A stretch of DNA of 64,000 bases from Myxococcota bacterium (GTDB lineage: Bacteria; Myxococcota_A; UBA9160; UBA6930), in the NCBI GenBank assembly GCA_965223415.1, contig OZ245002.1, positions 1,344,001-1,408,000 on the forward strand. Direction: 5' to 3'. This document shows positions 36,779-46,257 of the stretch, one piece after another. Positions within the stretch are counted from its first letter, which is position 1. The number at the start of each line of letters is the position of its first letter. The notes beneath the pieces were generated by a model, which made no database searches, was not told where the DNA came from, and was given only the letters and a program-made list of their open reading frames with translations. The position numbers and the translations under genes were made by a program.

Positions 36779-38044
36779 CTACGTTGCGTTCGCGATCTTC
36801 TCGAGCTTGCTGATCTCCTTCTCGAGCCAGCGATGCTCCCAGAAGTTGGTGGTCTGGTCCAGGAGTGCGCGATGGGCAGCGAGGCTCGCGGCGGCGGCGC
36901 CGGCGTGCCGGGGGTCGGCTTCGAGGGCGACTTCGGCGAGGTGGATCGCCTCGACGGGCGCACCGGCGGCGAGCTTCTTGCGAGCCGCCTCGGCGACCAC
37001 GTCGGGCCCTCCCGCCAGGGCACAGAGCTCCGGTGAAACGCTCCAGGGGGGCGTCGGGAACAGCTCGGTCGTGGAATGATGGTGGAACCAGCCCATGTAG
37101 TTCTCCACGATCGCGCGCACCGACCAGGAGACCTTGCCGTAGCCCTCGCCCACCTCGAGCTCCGACGGCAGGCGGATCTCGCGCATCAGGGTCCAGACGT
37201 CCTTCCCTTCGTTCATTCCCGCCACGGTGGCGTCGTGGACGAAGAGCACCGCGTCGCGCATGCGCTCCAGCTCGCTCCGGATCAGCGCGCGGCCGCGCAC
37301 GGGCTCGTGGTGGCCGACGCAGAGCACGTCCGCCTCGAGGTCGAGGAGCTTCTCGAGCGTTGCGACGTAGGTGAGCGCGTCCCGGTAGCGATCGCCGCGA
37401 ATCGTCACCAGGTTCGGGAAGTGGCCGAAGAGCGCGCCGAACACGTTACCGGTGAAGCAGATCCGATGCTGGGGAAGCCAGACGACCAGCGAGTCCTTGG
37501 TCTCCGCCCCGGGCGTCGCGATCAGCTCCACTTCCAGCCCGCCGAGCTCGAAGGCGAAGCGGTCCTGGAAGGTGATCGTCGGCGTCGGCCGCGATTGGCC
37601 GGGCACGCCGCTCCCGAGCTTGTCCCTGATGTAGGCGTTCGCCCGGGCGATCGACTCGGCGAAGGCGAAATAGCTGCGGCGCCCGCGGACGGCGGCGTTC
37701 AGGGCGTCCTCGGCCTGATGGGCCGGGTTGTTCGCCTGGGCCACGATCTCGGTCCCCTCCTCGACGAAGAGGTCCGTCCCGCCCACGTGGTCCACGTGCC
37801 CCTGGGTGAAGATGACGTAGCGGACCGGCCCGTCGTCGACCGAGTCGAAGTACTCCTTGTGCATGGGCGCCTCGAAGCCCATGCCTGTGTTGACGACGAT
37901 GCGCCCCTCCTTCGTCACGATGAGGAATGCGTTCGAGTTCCCCTCGGAGAGGTAGATGAACTCGTTCACCGGGCCGTGGCGCACCTCGGTGGCCGGCAGC
38001 ATCTCGAAGGCGGTCGGGCGGGAGCGGTAGAGGGGCTCGGACAT
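36779..38044 (-). CDS. Alkyl sulfatase-like metallo-beta-lactamase fold protein
   Basis: TQGHVDHVGG, TPGAET, PNLVTIRGDRYR, GEGYGKVSW. Confidence 0.9.
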   Translation of the reverse strand: MSEPLYRSRPTAFEMLPATEVRHGPVNEFIYLSEGNSNAFLIVTKEGRIVVNTGMGFEAPMHKEYFDSVDDGPVRYVIFTQGHVDHVGGTDLFVEEGTEIVAQANNPAHQAEDALNAAVRGRRSYFAFAESIARANAYIRDKLGSGVPGQSRPTPTITFQDRFAFELGGLEVELIATPGAETKDSLVVWLPQHRICFTGNVFGALFGHFPNLVTIRGDRYRDALTYVATLEKLLDLEADVLCVGHHEPVRGRALIRSELERMRDAVLFVHDATVAGMNEGKDVWTLMREIRLPSELEVGEGYGKVSWSVRAIVENYMGWFHHHSTTELFPTPPWSVSPELCALAGGPDVVAEAARKKLAAGAPVEAIHLAEVALEADPRHAGAAAASLAAHRALLDQTTNFWEHRWLEKEISKLEKIANAT

Positions 38045-38048
38045 GGGT

Positions 38049-38840
38049 CTAGCCTTCCGCGACGAGGGCCTCGACGTCCGCCCACACGGCCCGGCCGTTC
38101 GCACGGAAGCCCTCGATCAGCGGCTCGGGCACGAACGCGGCGACGGCGGTCTGGAAGGACGGGCGCTCCTGCATGCGCTGGTACCAGGCGGCGGCGCGGG
38201 GCCGGGCGTCGATCAGCGGCGTCATGGCCAGGTGGTCGAGGCGCAGCACGTAGGGCAGCACGCAGGCGTCGGCGAGGCTCCAATCGTCACCGGCGAGGCA
38301 GGCGTGGTCCGCGAGCGCCGCGTCCATGTCGTCGAGCATCGCCGTGAAGGCGGAGAACGCCGCCTTCATCTCGGGGGCCTTCACGCCGTTCTCGATCACC
38401 GAGCGGCGCCGGGCGCGGTTGGCCGGGTCGGGGATCGCCTCGATCGTCGCATCGATCTCCTCCTGCGTGCGCTGCAGGATCATCGGCCGCGTCCCGATGC
38501 CGAAGGTGATCACGCCCGCGTTCGGATGCACCTGCCCGTCGATGCGCTTCGTCCACAGGCGCATCCCATGACGGTCCGCCGGATCCGCCGGAGCGCAGGA
38601 CGGCTCGGGGAAGGCGTCCTCCAGGTACTCGTTGATCAGCGTGGACTCGATCAGCACCCGACCGTCGTGCACGAGCGTCGGCACCACGTGGTTGGGGTTC
38701 AGCTTCACGTACTCCGGATCGTGCTGCTCGCCGGCCATCAGGTCGATCCAGTGGTGGGTGGGCTCGAGCCCCTTCTCGGCCAGCACCAGCCTTACCTTCT
38801 GGGAGCAGGTGGAGAGGAAGTGGTTGTAGAGCTCGAGCAT
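38049..38840 (-). CDS. Glutathione S-transferase
   Basis: STCSQKVR, LNPNHVVPTL, IESTLI, WSLADA; AGGAGG RBS. Confidence 0.93.
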   Translation of the reverse strand: MLELYNHFLSTCSQKVRLVLAEKGLEPTHHWIDLMAGEQHDPEYVKLNPNHVVPTLVHDGRVLIESTLINEYLEDAFPEPSCAPADPADRHGMRLWTKRIDGQVHPNAGVITFGIGTRPMILQRTQEEIDATIEAIPDPANRARRRSVIENGVKAPEMKAAFSAFTAMLDDMDAALADHACLAGDDWSLADACVLPYVLRLDHLAMTPLIDARPRAAAWYQRMQERPSFQTAVAAFVPEPLIEGFRANGRAVWADVEALVAEG

Positions 38841-38907
38841 GGGGGGCCTCCTGGAGGGGGGGGCGGCCAGGGTACTCCGGTGACGGGCCGCCCGGTACCT
38901 TCCCTCC

Positions 38908-39360
38908 ATGCCCGAGGTCTTCCCCATCGCTCCGGCGTCGGCGAAGCCGCTCTGGTTCCTCGGCGTCGTGAGCGTCGTGCTACTGGCGGTCGTCCTGATG
39001 CTGGCCTACACGGCCTGGTCTTCTCGCCACGCACGTGTGGAGGTGCACGCCACGGAGCTCGTCCTGGTGGGCGACCTCTGGGGACGCCGGATCCCGCTCT
39101 CGAGCCTCGTCGTCGACCAGGCGCGGGTCGTCGACCTGCGCCGCGACCCGGAGCTGGCGCCCCGCTGGCGAACGCTCGGGACCGGCCTGCCGGGCTACGC
39201 CTCCGGTTGGTTCAAGCTGCGAAACGGCGAGAAGGGCCTCGCCTACCTGACACGCCGCGACCGGGTGCTCTACCTGCCCACCCGTGAGCGCTATGCGCTG
39301 CTGCTCTCGGCGGAGGAGCCGGAGGCGCTGCTGGAGCGGATCCGCAGCGGAATCCCTTGA
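38908..39360 (+). CDS. Bacterial PH-domain membrane protein
   Basis: One TM helix then RTLGTGLPGYASGWFKLRNGEK motif. Confidence 0.8.
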   Translation: MPEVFPIAPASAKPLWFLGVVSVVLLAVVLMLAYTAWSSRHARVEVHATELVLVGDLWGRRIPLSSLVVDQARVVDLRRDPELAPRWRTLGTGLPGYASGWFKLRNGEKGLAYLTRRDRVLYLPTRERYALLLSAEEPEALLERIRSGIP

Positions 39361-40088
39361 GCGGCCCGAGCACCTGGCTCGGCGCACTCGCGCTCGCGGC
39401 CCTCGTCGTGGTGGCGCCTCCGGACGCGTCCGCCCCGGCGAAGCCCGGCGCCCCGGCAGCGGGACGCCTGCTCGTGGCGACCCGCCAGGTGGCGGGCCCG
39501 ATCTTCGGCGAATCGGTGATCCTGCTGCTCGACGCGAACGACGAGGGCGCCGCCGGGCTGATCGTCAACCGACCCACGCGCCTTCCGCTGCGCGAGCTCT
39601 TCCCGGAGCTCGACGCCCTGGCCGAGCGTGGCGACCGGGTCCACCTGGGCGGCCCCGTGGAGCCTCGCGGCCTGCTGTTCCTGTTCCGCAGCGAGCACCC
39701 GCCGGAAGACACGCGACGCATCCTGGGCGACCTGCACCTCGGCCAGAGTGCCCGGGCCCTGCGGGCGGTGGTCGACGCGGGCGCGCCGGCCAGCCGCTTG
39801 CGGGCCTTCGTCGGCCACGCGGGCTGGGCACCGGGCCAGCTCGAGGGCGAGATCGCCCGCGGCGACTGGCTCGTTGCCGAGGGAGCGCCGGGGCTCCCCT
39901 TCAGCGAAACCCCAGAGACGATGTGGCGGGAGAAGATCCGCGCCCTGGAAGGGCTTCGGGTGCGCCGCGAGACCGTACCCGGTCCCGCGCCGGTCGCCCT
40001 GCCCTTGACAGCCCTGGGCGAGGGAGCGATCTCAGGCATGCAGCTCCATGTGCCCCCGCGTCAACCGTCCGAAACAGCAGCGCAGTGA
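39357..40088 (+). CDS. YqgE/AlgH family protein with signal-peptide-like N-terminus
   Basis: GRLLVA, FGESVILL, GLIVNRP, GGPVE, GHAGWAPGQLEGEI; the last about 40 aa may be a read-through extension. Confidence 0.85.
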   Translation: MSGPSTWLGALALAALVVVAPPDASAPAKPGAPAAGRLLVATRQVAGPIFGESVILLLDANDEGAAGLIVNRPTRLPLRELFPELDALAERGDRVHLGGPVEPRGLLFLFRSEHPPEDTRRILGDLHLGQSARALRAVVDAGAPASRLRAFVGHAGWAPGQLEGEIARGDWLVAEGAPGLPFSETPETMWREKIRALEGLRVRRETVPGPAPVALPLTALGEGAISGMQLHVPPRQPSETAAQ

Positions 40089-40677
40089 GCAGACCCTCGC
40101 CCGGATCCTGGAGGCGACCGAGGACCTGCTCTACGAGCGCGGCCTCCCCGACGTCCCGGTGCGCGAAATCTGCGACGCCTCCGGCGCCTCCTCCAGCTCC
40201 TTCTACGCGCGCTTTCCCGACAAGAGCTCTCTCCTGCGAGCCGTGATGGATCGCTTCTGCGACCGGGTGATGGAGCGGATCGACGAGCTCGCGGCGGAGC
40301 AGGTCGCGGACGAGCGGTTCGAGGCCTTCGTGCTTCGATGTCTCGACGCCCTGGTTCTGCTGTTCCGCCGGGAGCGACGCCTCTTCCAGGCGATCACGCT
40401 GGCGGGAGAGGACGATCCCTCCCTCGCGAGCCAGCGGCAGTGGCTCGACCGGGAGATCCTGCGGCGCTTCATCGACCTGGCCTCCCAGCGCTACCCGGAA
40501 CGGGAGCGCGCGTTCCTGGAGGCACGGGTGCAGGAGGGCATCCCCATCATCGCTTCCGCGTTCCGCGGCGGCATCGAGGGCCCTCAGCACCTGGGCCTGG
40601 AGGACGGCGACGCCCACGACCGGGTGGTGGCGGACCTCACCGCCCTGATCCTGCGCTTTGTCGACGGCTCGGGCTGA
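40048..40677 (+). CDS. TetR-family regulator
   Basis: PKQQRSEQT, VREICDASGASSSSFYARFPDK HTH. Confidence 0.9.
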   Translation: MCPRVNRPKQQRSEQTLARILEATEDLLYERGLPDVPVREICDASGASSSSFYARFPDKSSLLRAVMDRFCDRVMERIDELAAEQVADERFEAFVLRCLDALVLLFRRERRLFQAITLAGEDDPSLASQRQWLDREILRRFIDLASQRYPERERAFLEARVQEGIPIIASAFRGGIEGPQHLGLEDGDAHDRVVADLTALILRFVDGSG

Positions 40678-40722
40678 GGGGCGGGAACGGGGTCGCCGGC
40701 CGTTCTATCCTCGCTCCCGCCG

Positions 40723-42864
40723 ATGCGACGTGCCGCCCCTCTCCTCCTGGCCCTTCTCCTGGCCAGCTCCTGCGGCGAGCACCTGGGCCCCGGTACACCC
40801 GCGCAGACGCCGCGCCCGAAGCTCCCCGAGGCGGAGGGCGCACAGATCCTCTTCGGCGACCTTCACACCCACACCCACTTCTCCCTCGACGCCTGGGCCG
40901 TGAACCTGCCCGTCCTCGGAGGCGAAGGGGCCCACCCTCCCGCCGACGCTTGCGACTTCGCGCGCTACTGCGCGGCCCTCGACTTCTGGAGCATCAACGA
41001 TCACGCCGAGGGCCTGACGCCCCGCCATTGGGACGAGACCCGCCGGGCGGTGCGCGACTGCAACGCGGTGACCGACCCGGCCAATCCGGACCTCGTCACC
41101 TTCCTCGGCTGGGAGTGGACCCAGGTCGGGACCGAGCCGGCCAATCACTTCGGCCACAAGAACGTGGTGCTGCGCCACGTCGACGATGCCCGCGTACCGC
41201 CGCGGCCGATCAGCGCCCTTCGCCCGGAATTCCGCGAGAGCCCGATCCCACCGGCGGTGCGCTTCGTCCTGCCGATCGCGGACTTCGCGAACCGCGCCTA
41301 CTACTTCGACTGGGTGAAGCGCTTCGAGGAGACGAACGCCACTCCCCTCTGCGAGCCGGGCGTGGACACGCGGGAGCTCCCGACGGACTGCCTCGAGTTC
41401 GCGAACGAGCCGCGCACCCTGTTCGAGAAGCTCGCCCAGTGGGGCGGCGAGGCCCTGGTGATTCCCCACGGCACGACCTGGGGGCTGATGACGCCACCAG
41501 CGAGCGAGATCGGCATGCAGCTGGCCGGTGGCCAGCACGATCCGACCCGACAGAAGCTGTTCGAGATCTACTCGGGCCACGGCAGCGCCGAGGAGTACCG
41601 CCCGTGGCGAGCCGACGTACGCGACGAAGCGGGCCGGCCCGTCTGCCAGGAGCCGACGCCGGGCTACCTGCCCTGCTGCTGGCGGGCCGGGGAGATCATC
41701 CGCGAACGGTGCGACGATCCGACGTCCGCGGCCTGCGAGGAGAAGGCCCGGGAGGCCCGCCGTCACTTCGCCGAGGCCGGCGTGGGCGGTTACCGCACGA
41801 TCGCCGGCGTCAGCGCCGCGGACTGGCTCGATTGCGGCCAATGCCGGGACTGCCCCCTCTCGGTGATGGACCACCGCCCCGCCATGTCCGCCCAGGCCGC
41901 GCTCGCCGAGGGAGCGCCGACCGGGGACGGCGCGCCCGGTCGCTTCCGCTTCGGATTCCTCGGCAGCAGCGACACCCACAAAGCGCGGCCCGGCAACGGC
42001 TACAAGGAGACCGCCCGCTCCCGGATGACCGACTCGATGGGGAAGATGAGCGACTTGCTAGGCGGCGAGGAGGAGCCGGCGGACGCGTCGCGGGAGGTCG
42101 TCCTCGCCGAGTTGCCGCTGCAGCAGCGCCGCTACATCGAGCGGCAGAGCTCCTTCTACGTCACCGGCGGACTCGTCGCCGTGCACGCCGCGGACCGGAC
42201 GCGGGACGGCATCTGGGAGGCGCTCGTGGAGCGGCGGGTGTATGGAACCTCCGGTCCACGCATCCTGCTCTCCTTCGAGCTCCTGAACGGGCCCGCGGGC
42301 CCGCGGCCCATGGGCTCGGAGGTCGAGACTGGCGCCGTACCCCGTTTCCGGGTCTCCGCCTCTGGCGCCCGCAAGCAGAAGCCCGGCTGCCCGGCCCACG
42401 CCGAGGCCGCCCTCGGCCCGGCGCGCCTCGAGACCCTGTGCGCCGGAGAGTGCTTCCATCCGGGCGACGAGCGCTGGCGCATCGAGGCCGTGGAGGTGGC
42501 CCGGATCCGCCCCCGCGTTTCTGCGACGGAGGACCTGGCCGAGCTGATCGACGACCCCTGGCGGATCCTCCCCTGCCCGCCGGCCCCGGATGGCTGCCGG
42601 GTCGAGTTCGAGGATCCGGAGTATCCGGGGCTCGGCCGCGAGGTCGTCTACTACGTGCGCGCGCTCCAGGAGCCGACGCCGGCGATCGGCGCCGACCCCA
42701 CCGGCTGCGAGCGAGACGCGGAGGGCCGCTGCCTCTCCGTGCGGCTGTGCGGCGACGACCCGGACGACCCGGACGACCCGGACTGCCTCTCCCCCGTGGC
42801 CGAGCGAGCCTGGTCCTCGCCGATCTTCCTGACGCCCGGGCATTCGCCGAACGCACTAGAGTGA
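40723..42864 (+). CDS. DUF3604 family lipoprotein
   Basis: Lipobox LASSC; FGDLHTHTHFSLDA, INDHAE, GWEWT, IPHG, SSDTH, YGTSG, ERAWSSPIF. Confidence 0.9.
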   Translation: MRRAAPLLLALLLASSCGEHLGPGTPAQTPRPKLPEAEGAQILFGDLHTHTHFSLDAWAVNLPVLGGEGAHPPADACDFARYCAALDFWSINDHAEGLTPRHWDETRRAVRDCNAVTDPANPDLVTFLGWEWTQVGTEPANHFGHKNVVLRHVDDARVPPRPISALRPEFRESPIPPAVRFVLPIADFANRAYYFDWVKRFEETNATPLCEPGVDTRELPTDCLEFANEPRTLFEKLAQWGGEALVIPHGTTWGLMTPPASEIGMQLAGGQHDPTRQKLFEIYSGHGSAEEYRPWRADVRDEAGRPVCQEPTPGYLPCCWRAGEIIRERCDDPTSAACEEKAREARRHFAEAGVGGYRTIAGVSAADWLDCGQCRDCPLSVMDHRPAMSAQAALAEGAPTGDGAPGRFRFGFLGSSDTHKARPGNGYKETARSRMTDSMGKMSDLLGGEEEPADASREVVLAELPLQQRRYIERQSSFYVTGGLVAVHAADRTRDGIWEALVERRVYGTSGPRILLSFELLNGPAGPRPMGSEVETGAVPRFRVSASGARKQKPGCPAHAEAALGPARLETLCAGECFHPGDERWRIEAVEVARIRPRVSATEDLAELIDDPWRILPCPPAPDGCRVEFEDPEYPGLGREVVYYVRALQEPTPAIGADPTGCERDAEGRCLSVRLCGDDPDDPDDPDCLSPVAERAWSSPIFLTPGHSPNALE

Positions 42865-42903
42865 CCGTGGCCCGGCGCTACGCGCCGGGAGCAAGGAGAC
42901 CCC

Positions 42904-43701
42904 ATGCCCCTGCACCGCTTCCTCGGTATCGAGATCGGCGTGCCGGAGCCCGCGATCCTGGAGGCCTGCTACCGGGAGATCGGCCTCGAAGGGGGCTCCG
43001 GCCTCTGGGGAACCGCCGACGTGTCGGGCCAGATCCGGATCGAGGAGACCCGGGTACGCCGGCTCCTCGCCATGCGCGTCGGCTGCCATGACGAAGCGGA
43101 CCTCGACCGCATCGCCAGACGACTCGACGGCCTCGGCGCCAAGCACCAGCGCGGCGACGGCAAGCTGCGCGCCACCGACCCGGTCAACGGATGGGACGTG
43201 GTCGTGGAGCCGGCGCCGCGGATGGACCTCACGGTCCAGCCGCCCCGGATCCTGAACGGGCCGAGCAGTCGCGGCCGACAGGGCAGCCGTGCCGAGCCCG
43301 TCGTGCAGCGCGAGGCCCCGCGGCCGCCGCGACGCCTGGGCCACTGCGTGGTCGGCACCCACGACCCGCTGAAGACCGCCGAGTTCATGCTCGACGGCAT
43401 CGGCTACCGCCTGACCGACAAGATCGCCGGCGGCGCTGCCCAGTTCATGCGCTGCTCCTCCGACCACCACAACCTGCTGATCGCCCCGGGCCCCTGCCCC
43501 CACCTCAACCACTACGCCTTCGAGCAGGACGACATCGACGGCGTCGGTCACGCCGCCTCCCGCTACCTCCGCGAGCACCCGGACCGCGACATCTCGGGCA
43601 TCGGCCGCCACGTGATCGGCTCCAACGTCTTCTGGTACATGCTCGACCCAAGCGGAAACATGTTCGAGTTCTTCACCGACATGGACTGCATCACCGACGA
43701 C
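42904..43701 (+). pseudogene. Two-domain VOC / extradiol-dioxygenase-like gene, 5' part, interrupted by IS256
   Basis: RRLGHCV, SDHHNL, GRHVIGSN.FWY..DPSGNMFE; the frame enters the IS at ITDD and stops at 43755; the native tail resumes at 46258. Confidence 0.88.
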
Positions 43702-43793
43702 GGATCCGCCCCGAGTTCCGTGGAAATTGTGAGGTGGCGTAACCTTCCGAGCTGACAAAGCAAATCGCCGAGAAGGCGATGGAGGGCTACGCC

Positions 43794-44999
43794 ATGAACG
43801 AGGGTATCACGAACGAGGCCGAGGTGATCCGGCTGCGGCAGGACATCCAGGGGTTCTTGCGGCGCCGGGTGCTTGAAGCGGTCCAGGTGGTGCTGGAGGA
43901 GGAGCTGGACGAGGCCCTGGGAGCCCGTCGCTACGCACGAAGCGAGCAGCGGCGGGGCACCCGCAACGGTCACCAGGCGAGGCGGATCACGACCTCGCTG
44001 GGGACGGCGACGCTCGAGGTGCCGCGAGGCCGGATCGCCCTGGAGGACGGATCGAGCCGCGAGTTCCAAAGCCAGGTGCTCTCGCGCTACCAGCGCCGGA
44101 CCCGGGACGTCGATGAAGCGATCCTCGGGGCGTACCTCGCTGGGGCGAACACGCGGCGCATCCGCAAGGCGCTGTCCCCTCTGCTCGGGGAGGAGCATCT
44201 GTCGAAGAGCGCGGTCTCGCGGGTCGCGGCGCGTCTCAGGGAGCACTTCGCTGCGTGGAGCTGCCGGGACCTTTCGGAGGAGAGCTGTCGAGTGCTCTTC
44301 CTCGACGGCCTGCACTTGAAGGTGCGGCTTGCCCGGCGCGTGGTGAGCGCCCCGGTGCTCGCCGTGCTGGGCGTGGCCGACGATGGCACGAAGCGCCTCG
44401 TGGGCCTGGAGCTGGCGCTCAGCGAGGCGAGCGAGCACTGGGGTCGCGTGGTGCGGGATCTCCAGCGACGCGGGCTTCCGAGTCCGGCTCTCCTCGTCAC
44501 CGACGGCCACGCGGGCCTCGCCAAGGCGCTGGAGGCCTGGCCGGAGACGAAGGTGCAGCGCTGTACCGTGCACAAGTGGGCGAACCTCGCGTCGCACTGC
44601 CCCGTGCATGCGCGGCGCGAGATGAAGCGCGACTACGACGCCATCATCTATGCCGAGGACGGTATGCGGGCCCGCGAGGCCTACGCAGCCTTCGTGCGGA
44701 AGTGGACGCCGCTGTGCCCCAAGGCGGTGGCGAGCCTGGAGGAAGCCGGAGAGCGACTGCTCACGTTCACGGCCTTCCCGAAGGCGCTGTGGAAAGCGAT
44801 TCGCACGACCAACTCCATCGAGAACCTGAACCGGGAGTTTCGGCGCAGGACGAAGACGCAGGCCTCGTTCTCGAGCGAGGAGGCCGCTGTGGCACTCCTC
44901 TACGGCCCCGTGGCCTTCGGGCAGATCCCGATGAATCGGATCGCCGGCTACGAGCGGCTCCACAAGCTCGAAAGGCCCGTGGCTCAGGAGGCCGCATGA
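43794..44999 (+). CDS. IS256-family (Mutator-like) DDE transposase
   Basis: RNG..R, VPR, FLDG, VTDG, QRCTVH, RTTNSIENLNREFRRRTK; GGAGG RBS before ATG 43794. Confidence 0.96.
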   Translation: MNEGITNEAEVIRLRQDIQGFLRRRVLEAVQVVLEEELDEALGARRYARSEQRRGTRNGHQARRITTSLGTATLEVPRGRIALEDGSSREFQSQVLSRYQRRTRDVDEAILGAYLAGANTRRIRKALSPLLGEEHLSKSAVSRVAARLREHFAAWSCRDLSEESCRVLFLDGLHLKVRLARRVVSAPVLAVLGVADDGTKRLVGLELALSEASEHWGRVVRDLQRRGLPSPALLVTDGHAGLAKALEAWPETKVQRCTVHKWANLASHCPVHARREMKRDYDAIIYAEDGMRAREAYAAFVRKWTPLCPKAVASLEEAGERLLTFTAFPKALWKAIRTTNSIENLNREFRRRTKTQASFSSEEAAVALLYGPVAFGQIPMNRIAGYERLHKLERPVAQEAA

Positions 45000-45105
45000 A
45001 CCCTGGTTACGCGGGCACGCCCAACGGCTCGCCCGGGAGCTGCGCCTCGTCGTCGCTGGTCGCAGGCGGTTGAACGGCCTGGGCCCGAGGCGGTAGTCTC
45101 GGGCC

Positions 45106-46104
45106 ATGTCCTCGAAAAAGCGTCGCGCCCAGAAGAGAGCTCGAACGAAGAAGCAGAGTCCGCAGAAGAGGGGAACCTCCTCGCCCGACCGGCGACAAGC
45201 CTCCACATCGGATCCCATCGTCACGGGTTTCGAAACCGAACAGCTCATGCGGAAGGTCCATCGGGCCATGGGGGACCGGGAGTTCGAGTCCACGGCGGAT
45301 CTCCAGGAGTTCCTGAACGGCTTCATGGGGAAACCGATCGATGAGATCGTCTTCGAGAACGAGAGCGATTCCGAGCGCGCACAGCAGCTCGTGTACGAGG
45401 CCTTCGAGGTCTTCCCTTCGGAGAAGGCAGTGGCGCTCGCGAGGCAGGCGCTCGCGCTCGATGACGGATGCGTCGATGCGCAGGTGATGCTGGCCCAGCT
45501 CTCCGGATCCTCTCAGGACGACTACGCGATGGAGCTCGAGGGGATCGTCTCGTCCGCGGAGGCTCGGCTCGGGCTCACCCTCGAAGAAGAGGCCGGACAC
45601 TTCTGGGGCATCCTCGAGACGCGCCCCTACATGCGGGCCTGCATGGAACTCGCGTTCGCGCTCTGGCGATCGGGACGTGAGGCGGAGGCCTGCGAACGCC
45701 TGGCGCGCATGCTCGAGCTCAACCCCAACGACAATCAAGGGGTCCGCGGCACGCTCGTGGGGTGGCGGCTGGCGACGGGCGATGTGGCTGGGGCGCGCTG
45801 CGTGCTCGATCAGTACAGCGACTCGGGCGAGGCGGTGCTCGCCTGGGGTCGGGTCCTTGCGTGCTGGATGGCCGACGATCTGCTCGCGGCAGCCGGCGCG
45901 CTCGAGGTCGCCCGCAAGTCGAATCCGCACGCCGAGCGCTACTTTAACGGTTGCTCGGACTGCCCCGAGGAGGGACCTGACTCCTACTCGCCTGGGGAGG
46001 AGAGCGAAGCAGTGGTGTGCGCGATGGACCTTGGTCAAGCCTGGCACCGGCAGCCCACGGCTCGGCTCTGGCTCCGCCAACAGGCCTCTGCGGAGCTCCA
46101 CTGA
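45106..46104 (+). CDS. ST7-like tetratricopeptide-repeat protein (IS passenger)
   Basis: AQQLVYEA, LARQAL..D..CVDA, FWGILETRPYMRA, LELNPNDNQGVR; own candidate promoter TTGAAC-18-TAGTCT-6-ATG. Confidence 0.75.
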   Translation: MSSKKRRAQKRARTKKQSPQKRGTSSPDRRQASTSDPIVTGFETEQLMRKVHRAMGDREFESTADLQEFLNGFMGKPIDEIVFENESDSERAQQLVYEAFEVFPSEKAVALARQALALDDGCVDAQVMLAQLSGSSQDDYAMELEGIVSSAEARLGLTLEEEAGHFWGILETRPYMRACMELAFALWRSGREAEACERLARMLELNPNDNQGVRGTLVGWRLATGDVAGARCVLDQYSDSGEAVLAWGRVLACWMADDLLAAAGALEVARKSNPHAERYFNGCSDCPEEGPDSYSPGEESEAVVCAMDLGQAWHRQPTARLWLRQQASAELH

Positions 46105-46257
46105 GTCCCTGAAGTGCTCTGCGCGACTCCCAGAGAGCCGCTCCCCACGACGAGACGCTATGTCCCGCGGTGGCAAGGCGAGCCGGTTGGCTATCGTCCG
46201 GCTTCAACCGTCAGCTCGATAGGCTACGCCAAAGTCCACAGGAATCGGGACGGGTCC

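Larger units (their letters stand above)
43702..46257 (+). mobile_element. IS256-family transporter IS (2556 bp) carrying a passenger gene
   Basis: Left end GGATCCGCCCCGAGTTCCGTGGAAATT vs reverse complement of right end GGACCCGTCCCGATTCCTGTGGACTTT (20/27 identical); 8-bp TSD CCGACGAC at 43694-43701 and 46258-46265; removing the element restores ITDDDAWE. Confidence 0.92.

Noticed and set aside
36779..36790. CTACGTTGCGTT resembling the family B flank at a convergent junction
   Set aside because: No GGGGCCGGTTCC core; an 8-bp match is too short to support.
38856..38863. G8 homopolymer upstream of the GST as a phase-variation tract
   Set aside because: Short, in a leader rather than a coding region or promoter spacer, and plausible by chance.
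42754..42783. (GACGACCCG)x3 tandem repeat encoding DDPDDPDDPD
   Set aside because: In-frame low-complexity loop expansion with no evident regulatory role.
43702..46257. Composite transposon
   Set aside because: Only one transposase and one TIR pair; no second IS copy.
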